Shown one piece after another: positions 55,648 to 64,000 of a stretch of DNA of 64,000 nt (the first letter of the stretch is position 1; every line of letters starts with the position of its first letter). Origin of the DNA: Kudoa neothunni (lineage: Eukaryota > Animalia > Cnidaria); NCBI GenBank assembly GCA_964304625.1, contig OZ199838.1, forward strand, positions 274,148-338,147. The letters run 5' to 3'. The notes under the pieces were generated by a model that saw only the letters and a program-made list of their open reading frames with translations, was not told where the DNA came from and did no database searches. The position numbers were made by a program, and so were the translations under genes.

Positions 55648-57476
55648 GCTGTCTACTTCTTCCAAGACTTAATATACCACTAAAATAATCTATATGCTAT
55701 TCTTAATTTACATTATATTCAATTATCAATGAATTATATTGCGTGTGAGATGTTTTATCCAAATTTTTTATTTATATTAGCTGTTATCAATAAAAATGAA
55801 CGTTCTTATCGGATTTCAAAGTACTAATTTAATTTGCTGTCTTTTCAGCGAATTGTAAAATTTCGAATTAATTTTTAAATGTTTTAAGTCAATTTTTCAA
55901 GTTTTTGTTTATTTAATTTAGACTTAAATCATCTAAAAATTTCATACTATGCAAGGTTACATTAACCACATTATTTCTCATTCACTTTTTCATTAACATT
56001 TTTTCAATCATTATTATTTTGAAATAATTATTTTTTAAAGGCCAATCGTATTCATCTAATTTATTATTTATTAATAATTTAATAAAAATTGGGATGAAAT
56101 TTATAAATATTTGATTTTTAGTTTTAATAATTGGGTTGTGATAATATTTCGATAAAAATCGTGAAGCTGTTGCTAACATTTAAGATATCTGTTCGTAATG
56201 TGCGAAAAAAATATTCAATAAATTAAAAATATGAATAATTATAGATAATGACATTTTTTCGTTACTCTCCCTGAAATTTATTACTTTCAAAATATTATCG
56301 ATAAAAGTAATAACTGATATAATCAACAAATTTCCCTCCATTCTTTTGAAAGTACTTCTTAGTAAGGATCGCTTACTTAAAATTAATATAGAATTAGATA
56401 TAAATCCAAATATTATTCATGGTCACAATGTAATGAAGAGTTATTTTATTCTGTGTAAAATATTACATTTTAAGGTAAAAATAATTACACTATTTACAAT
56501 CCTACAATCTAGCTGATATGAAAATCTCATGCCGCCATCTCAATCATATCAATAAGAACTGGATTTTATTTTCACTTTATTACTATTTGTTAAACATATA
56601 AATTCAACAAAAATTATTTCTGAAACCTACCCAAAACCCCCTTAAGCTTTTATTATTTCGGATAAGTTGATTGGAACCCATAAAATCATTTGCGTGACCT
56701 TACTGGTGATAAAGATTAAACATTAACACTATTAAGTACAGTTAACTTACTGTGAGATTATTTTCAAAATTTATAATACTTTCGGTAGTATCTTTTTATT
56801 TTAATAACTTTTGACGATCACCGACAAAGTTTCATAATTCCCTTTAATAGCAGTGGTTTTGTGACACTTGCCTGCGGAGCCTTGAATCGAAACTTATTGT
56901 ATTGAGACTAACGCGGATAACTCAATAATGTTGGACTTTGGTGAAAATAATTACTTAAAAACATTAGGTATAAAAATGAAATTTGGATCGTGTCATTAAA
57001 TTTTAAGTTTCATCTTATTCCACTAAATTACGTAAAAATGTAAAGCAAACCTTAAAAGTTTGATGCGCTCATTTCACATTACTTAACACATATTTATACT
57101 GAGAATAATTTATTTTGAAATTAATAACTGAAGAAAATATTAATAACAATTGTTTAATCACCTATGGACTGTATCGTCTGTTAGACATGAATCGTCATTC
57201 AACCAACAGCTAGTCTGATAAAGTAGTTTTAAATAAGATTGGTAATGCATGAATTAAATTCGTTATTTAAATATCACACTTACACGAGAAATCATTAAAT
57301 TAATTACTCATAAGATCTATTAGATCTTGTGATAAAATACGACCGTTATTAGCCCCCTAATTTTCCAATTATTAGCTTTAATTCGTAAATTATTTTTAAA
57401 ATAAAATAATTTTGTGAAAGATTATTGAAATAGAACTTAGATTTCATTATTTACACCTGTTGAAGATAGTAAAAGA

Positions 57477-58420
57477 ATGAGGTCTTACCATACTCGTACG
57501 GCCCTTTTGTATTCATGGGGTCCTACAGAAACCAGCAGTATTTCTGATTATATCAACTCTTATCATCCAAACGTTGAACACAATCAGACCCAACCGTAAT
57601 TCAGATGCATTAAAATAATATTGGTGTTCGACAGCTGGGATAAAACTATTTTTTTTATCGAGGAGATTTCATATGATCTAACCTTTGCAATCTAGTTAAT
57701 TTTATTATTCATTTAGGAGCTCAAATGTTAGGAAACAAGGAACATCAAACCGCAAACACCAAACGCTTCTTAATTCAACACCAAAATCTCCCACGGAAAC
57801 CACTACCAGTGAAAGTTATAGGTATATATTTGTACTGAAATCATTTAATTATATAAATTCAGAATATTTGTTATATTTTTTTAGCAAAGAAGATAATGTT
57901 AAAAACCATAATAGAAAATCTCTTTCGCCTATGGAAGTAAATTACCTCATAAGTTCGTGGGGAATATTTACATACAGGTGTAGTCAGTTAAATAAAAACG
58001 CCTTTCTGAGTATAATTAGAAAGTATTCCATTAAATACAGCTGATGTTTCAATTTTGATCATAGGAAAGTAACGAAAATTGATGAAGTTGAGATAGGTCC
58101 CGAAGGTTTGATCACTCTACCAGAATATTGCGAAACATTTGAAAGTGCCCTAGGAAACATGGTCTTTAGTATCGACAAAGAAATCGTTTTGCACCGTTAT
58201 TTGGTTGATTATTACATATTATTTCAAACCTATTTTTCAACATACCTAACAATGGATGTAATTCACATCGTTTGATTCGTTGTATTTTATTTTTGCAATC
58301 TAGGAATTGGAAAATGAATTAATGATACTACTGAAATTAGTATTGAAAGATATATTCTGTAAGAAACATGAAAATGCTTGGGAAAAATTTTTTGTCAGAA
58401 TTGCAAAGCATTCTAAGTGA
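57477..58420 (+). CDS. Globin-fold protein lacking heme-ligand His, paralog 2 (5 exons, 218 aa)
   Basis: Exons 57477-57595, 57732-57821, 57885-58022, 58065-58257 and 58304-58420 join in frame (657 nt). Same intron phases and identical exon 3/4 lengths (138/193) as paralog 1. LSPMEVNYLISSW ... LKDIFCKKHENAWEKFF. Confidence 0.82.
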
Positions 58421-58560
58421 CTGCCGAAAAAATGCAAATCCACAAAATTACTCTAATTAACTAAGTTTTTCATTTAAATCTAATTGTTGAAAACTTTATT
58501 TTCTAAAATTTATCTATTTATCGGTAATCATAAGGACTCATCTAAAATTAATTTTAAAAA

Positions 58561-58733
58561 TGGCTATTGACATTGCAGATAACATTGTGGTGTCACTAGT
58601 TCGGACTATATTTTATTATTTCTGGTCATAAGAACAAAGAGGTTAGTCAGCATTAATTAAGTATAATGGATTTAAAAAATTAAATCTGTATATAGCTTAT
58701 GAGTAAGAATCATGGGAATTAAAAATTTACCGT
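58561..58733 (+). repeat. ~180-bp dispersed repeat, copy 2 (homolog of 53040-53216)
   Basis: By-eye alignment with copy 1. Confidence 0.6.
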
Positions 58734-59339
58734 ATCAATAGCATCTACCTTAAATAAAAAGGTTTATTTGAAGTATAATTTTTAAAATGACTTTCTATAA
58801 TACATTTATATCGCCTATGTCGATCTTGAAGAAGTACATGTACGATAATAAATAAAAATATTTGAACTAAATATTATACATTAATCCTCACAAACATTCC
58901 AATTATTTTTCAATCGTGCGTAAATATTACGTTAGAATAAAATAATTTATAATAGTAGGATTCAAAATACATTGAGATTTTTATCCGATTATATTTATGA
59001 AAAAGGTGAACAAATCATTAACACCTAATGTCAAAGGCTTTTAATATTTTTGTTCAATAAATACAGTTACGTTACCTCAAAAGTCATCATTTTATTTATT
59101 TTTAGTATAATCATTAATAAAAAACATTAGTTATAATTTTCGTTGACATTTAAATGTTAAAATGCTTGATTAGTTTAGTTTTGTACCTAATTACTCTCAC
59201 TGTGTAAACTTTTACTTTTAATCCGTTAGAAACTTATGTATATTAAATCTATAGATATGGAGTCGAATAAAGCGGTAACAAATTTAATTTAACGCATGTA
59301 TAAGTTATTTGAAGTGAATTAAAAATTCATTTTTTTGAC

Positions 59340-59346
59340 GTATAAG
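59340..59346 (+). promoter_or_regulatory. TATA-like box about 30 nt upstream of tRNA-Sec
   Basis: GTATAAG; metazoan tRNA-Sec genes use upstream TATA/PSE Pol III promoters. Confidence 0.55.
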
Positions 59347-59369
59347 GAAGTGTAAAAACCCGCCCCATC

Positions 59370-59457
59370 GCTTGGACGAATTTCGCTGGTTGCGGGATGC
59401 GGGCTTCAAACCCGTAGCTGATTGGTTTCAGAGAGGTTCGATTCCTCCTTCCGAGCG
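59370..59457 (+). tRNA. tRNA-Sec (anticodon UCA), eukaryotic 9/4 fold
   Basis: 9-bp acceptor GCTTGGACG/CTTCCGAGC (one mismatch); 6-bp D stem TTTCGC/GCGGGA; 6-bp anticodon stem TGCGGG/CCCGTA with loop CT-TCA-AA (59406-59408); long variable arm CTGA/TCAG; 4-bp T stem GAGG/CCTC with TTCGATT; G discriminator. Confidence 0.95.
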
Positions 59458-61060
59458 TTCCTTATCTCGTTCTGTCTTTAACGACTTATATGTTGTACCT
59501 GGATTACAATAAGCGACATTTTTGCGTAAATAAATAAGTTTCAGCTGGTTTGGCCCGCAGAATCATTTATATGCAGGTAGTTTTTCTGTGAATCCATGAT
59601 TTTCAATCATTATTTCTAACATAGTTATAAGACGTCAAATTGTTTCAATTTGTTAAAAATAAATTATTTCGTCTTAGTATCAATGATTAAGCATGAATTG
59701 AACCATTGATTGCCCATTAAGCTATACGCTTCATGACATTGCCAACCAAAAGGTGCATAATCCCACTTAGGTAATGGTCATTCCAAAGATTAACTTGAGA
59801 AATTATTTATTTCGATCCCAGCTGTATTCTACTTCGGGAATAAGTCAGAATTACAGCGATCGATGGAATTTTCTTTGGAAACTGTTTTAAATATTTTAAA
59901 GGTAAATAACAATTCAAACGTAATTCAATTTTTTGTATAACTATCTAGAAACACGTTAGATTTGGTTTATTATTAGAGATTTTAAATCTTGATTTAATTT
60001 GTGGGTAACTGCAAACTTAGATCTTGAAATTAGTTTCCCAGTGGGAAATTTACTGTTATTCTCCAGAATTCTCCAAAATTTATATACTTAAGGTTAGAAT
60101 ACACTTTCGGCTTTAAGAAGTTCTTCGAAGAAAAACTCCACTCTAAGGCTTCAAAGTTTACATGTTATTAGATCAACGATTGTTTATTTCATTGTTTTGG
60201 CTAAAATATTGATATCACAAGTCTTGAAATGGGGTCAAAAATGTAAATATGATTTTTCAATTGATATTGCGAAATTATAATAAAATATGAATGGGTTAAA
60301 CAAATAAAGAGTTTATTTTTGGGGGTATATTTCCTATAACGACAAGAAAAACAATATTTCTCATGTATTTCCAGGGTATAATCTCATTACACTAAAAATT
60401 TTGCGCAAAGTTCTTGTTTCTCTTAGTGATTCCTTATTTGCATAAACATATCTAAATATTGTGTGAAATCAATATTGTCAATGCAAATAACTTACCTTTG
60501 AATTCGTGCTTTCCAAAAAATTGTATTCATATATAACATGTTATAAATAATATATATTGCAACTTTTCTTTAAGAATAATATATCATGGTAGAATAAATA
60601 GATTTTATCATATATTAAGAATATATCGTTTTCAAAAGTGACTTTTATGAGCTCAAATTGTACTTTTCATAATATCCTCATAATTCAACAAAATGATTCT
60701 TTTCATTCGAAATATCGCATCGATTAGAGATTTGAACTATAACTTCATTTAAAGGCAGTTGAGTTAACAATGAATACCAACGCGCCTGTCCGAAATCAGC
60801 AAGGAACTCACAAGTGCGATCGATGCGTCAATAAAGTTATTTACTGTTTCTACAGAAGAAGTTGTAAATAATTTATATTTCGTTATTATATTGAGAAAAT
60901 AAGTATTTTCTCCTAAACAGACAAATAATTTATAGAAAAACTTGAAAGATAAAACATGATTTTGGTAGCAATTATCATATCGAAAAATTTCCCACTAAAA
61001 TTATAAATGGTTATTATTTCTAATAATTGCGTCAAGGTATGATGAAAAAAGCTAAATTAA

Positions 61061-62448
61061 CCTTCTAAGGTCAGAAAAAACGACCACCCTCCAAGGACTT
61101 TTGGGGTCCAAAAGACCCCAATTTTTTATTCGATGAATTAACGTAATAAATATAGATATATTATTTTCTTCAGTTTAAAAGTTTTCCGTCGACTAAATTT
61201 GAAGAAAAAAGCCTAACATTTGTGTAATTAATCCGTTATAACCTCATCGGTAATGTGTCGGGTTGTATCGCAATTGATCGGTATATACAACCGTTGCTGA
61301 ATAATCTTAAATTTTTGAGGAATAAAGAATTTAATTGAATTTACTTAATGATTAATATTTGTTGGTGAAAATATTCAATTTAATATTCTAAATTAATGTT
61401 CAGGAGCATCTTGTTACTCTACTCAAATAATCTCACCCGGCCCCGCTTTTCCTGTACAAAATCATAGTGAAACTGATGAGTGTATTGATTAATTTCAATA
61501 TTTGGAAGTAAACTTTGAAGAAAACTATACGAAATTATCTGAAATGTCGATTGAATTCGCGGAATGTGGTAATACTGAAGATCCAATAATCAGTTAAAGT
61601 GGTATTATGTGGAGTTTTACTAAACCGATAACATCAAGAATTGGTGCTGAAAATCTCATTAAAAACCACTTTGTCATATTTTTTATTGAACTCTAAATGT
61701 TAAAAGCATGTTAGATCGCTTGTCATCTTTTTCACAAACATAATTTGTGAATAAATAATCAAATATATCAATTATTTGGAAGATTTCATTTCAAAGATCT
61801 AAATTTAATTATTAACTATATTAAAATAGATTATATCTACTTTTTATAATTCTATAAATTTATTTTGTGTGGAAAATGAAAGTTTACCGTGTCTGTTTTA
61901 ATTAACGGTCACGTGTTATTAATTAAATCCTTAAGAAAAATAAACATTAATTAAGTTCATATCATATTTCCAAATTTATATGTGACTAAAATGAATAATA
62001 CATGCATAGCTATATTTTTTTTTATTTTTAAAGCATACTGACCAAAAAACGTTATGGGGTTCAAAAGACCCCAAGAGTCCTTAGGGCAGCGGTTCCCAAC
62101 TAAAGCTGGGCTCGCACCCCCATTTTTTGACAAAATGAAATTCGCACCCTTTTTCATACGATAAGGTGTAACTGACTTAAAATTCATCAAAAATTATTTT
62201 CAATTTTGATAGGATCTCGCATCACCTGAAACCAAAGTTCGCACCCCAAATTGAGAACCCCTGCCTTAGAGGATAATTTTTTGTCTACACCTAATTTTTG
62301 TTCGCTCGACGTAAGATTGTCAGAAAATGGTCATTATTGAAAGTTAGGAGATTGGATAGAGTTATGCGAATTTCTGATTATTACTTACATAATACTGGGA
62401 AAATTAATTTTAATTTGGGATCCAAAAGATCCCAAAATCATTAAAGGG
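61061..62448 (+). mobile_element. Non-autonomous piggyBac derivative containing a hAT MITE
   Basis: TTAA at 61057-61060 and 62449-62452; ends CCTTCTAA / CCCTTTAA; three copies of the palindrome GGGRTYCAAAAGAYCCC at ~61103, ~62056 and ~62417. Confidence 0.75.
62087..62263. mobile_element. hAT MITE (~177 bp), same family as 24196-24382
   Basis: TIRs CAGCGGTTCCCAA / CAGGGGTTCTCAA; TSD CCTTAGGG/CCTTAGAG. Confidence 0.9.
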
Positions 62449-63632
62449 TTAAAAAAATTTAACCCAATAAATATTCGAATTTGTTATTTTGACGAATATA
62501 TAAAATTGAAGATCTGAGAAACAATATATTCAAAAGTAAAATATAATAATTCATAATCATGCCGTCGGGTCGACTATTGTTCATTTTATTACAAAAAAGA
62601 TAAAAAATTGTACGTAAAAATATTTTACAATAGTATCTGATATTATAGTTAAAAATTTAATTAAAAAATTATAGTACAATGTATTATATTAATTCTAAAT
62701 ATAATTCAACGAAACATAAAAACGGATGACAACTATGAAAACAATCCTTTCATCACTAATTGTTTGCATTACACAAAATAAGACATTGAGTAGAATTCAT
62801 AATATTTTCTCCAACTTTGGTCTTTTCCCTTAGTTTTGCATAACTCCGTAAATTATTGCTTTTATCGATGAATTAATCGTCAGAATTAATTATCTCTTTA
62901 TCATTTATATAGCATAATAGCTCATTTATTTCAAAAATACATAATCTGAGACGTATCCTTCGTTAATATCAATGCTTTTGTCACTTTATTGCATAAAAAT
63001 CCCCAATCGCTTTGACAATTAAAAATTATGGCGTGTGCACGCGTCACCAAAAAATTTTCGAATTTTGGCATAATAATTATCTGTTTAGTTTTAAATTGAA
63101 AAAATATTTTATCAATTTTTTTAAAATATTAAAAAAACTGTGGTCCAAACCAACCCCTGGATAACGTTGAAGGTGTTTTTATTATAAAAATTACTTCGAT
63201 AATCAGAAAATAACTTTATTTTATCGTAGATAAACATATTTTACATAAATGTAAATAATTTAGATCCTGTAAATTATTATGCACTTAAGAAAATTATTGA
63301 AGAATTTAATTAATCTGATCAATTTCCTTAAAACGTTGTTATAGCTTTTTTATTGTCCAAATTAATTTAATTCCCTATCATATGAAAATTAAACATTTCA
63401 CGATTATCACTAACGAAACAAAAGAGTTAAATTTTAATTGTTAATTAGTTTTTGTGTCTGAAATTTTTGTATATTTCTTTTGTGCAATATATTCCTTAGT
63501 TGTTAATTAATACCGCGTGATCCGGTTAAAAAATTTGGCTAATTTAGCTAGTAATTTTTCTTTTTCTATAACAAACTGAAAAACTCTCTATATATTTGAA
63601 CTAAAATTTTATCCGTTAAAGATCTTATAAAC

Positions 63633-64000
63633 CAGGGGTCGGCAACCTAAGACCCGCTATACATTGAATGACATAAAAATTTTTCTTAATATCTAAAATA
63701 AACAAATTATTTTTAAGTTTTTTCTAGATTGTTATTCTAAATGTTAATATATTGTCGATATAAACATTTTAACCGACTAAAATTAGTTTTCATTAAATAG
63801 GAAAACCTGAATAAATATGATAGTTAAAATAACATTATAATTATTTCCATAAAAGTACAAAATATTTTTAAAAGGCATATAGGTACATCTCATATTATTT
63901 GACGTTGTCCAATAAATCGTTCATTCACAAGTTTAGCACTAGTTGATTACATTGGAAGTGAAAATTAATAGAATATAATACTATTAATTTGACTTATTTT
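63633..64000. mobile_element. Left end of a hAT element, probably running off the window
   Basis: CAGGGGTCGGCAAC TIR at 63633, same type as the 6725/11603 ends. Confidence 0.6.

Noticed and set aside
55254-58064. Third intron of the globin-like genes as the canonical B12.2 intron
   Set aside because: It is phase 2, but counting from Trp A12 places it about 4 residues later (~B16). Only G7.0 is claimed.
55645-58460. Both globin-like genes end in TGA, with an in-frame TAA after 11 more codons, close to a tRNA-Sec gene (selenoprotein readthrough?)
   Set aside because: The TGAs are not at aligned positions, the extensions are dissimilar, and I see no SECIS-like hairpin. Linkage to tRNA-Sec has no mechanistic meaning in eukaryotes.
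61470-61500. CTGATGA, a possible hammerhead core or C box
   Set aside because: No stem II plus GAAA geometry; it lies in the decayed acidic N-terminus of a piggyBac.

Overview
AT-rich eukaryotic (animal-type) genomic DNA with very short spliceosomal introns (mostly 40-60 nt), consistent with a compact invertebrate genome; the species cannot be named from sequence alone. Roughly half the window is decayed transposons: pogo/Tigger, several piggyBac, a MULE with SWIM and PHD fingers, hAT (Buster-type) and hAT MITEs, two Merlin/IS1595-like elements, Ty3/Gypsy remnants and a GC-rich retroposed insert with a TSD. A deep nest occupies 0.8-11.6 kb. Host genes are a claudin/PMP22-like tetraspan, an SLC38 amino-acid transporter, a long low-complexity coiled-coil protein, an orphan ORF, TMEM41 and a tRNA-Sec. 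The most notable item is missed by the ORF track because it is split by introns: a tandem pair of intact 5-exon genes (54703-55647, 57477-58420) encoding a neuroglobin-like fold. Both keep the ancestral G7.0 intron, but both heme-ligand histidines are replaced by aromatics (E7 Tyr, F8 Phe), so they are candidate heme-less globins. Also notable are a spliced-leader-RNA-like element at ~53.04 kb with a diverged second copy at ~58.56 kb, and a 465-bp RTE-5'UTR-like retroposed element. All alignments and folds were done by eye, and reference sequences were recalled from memory.
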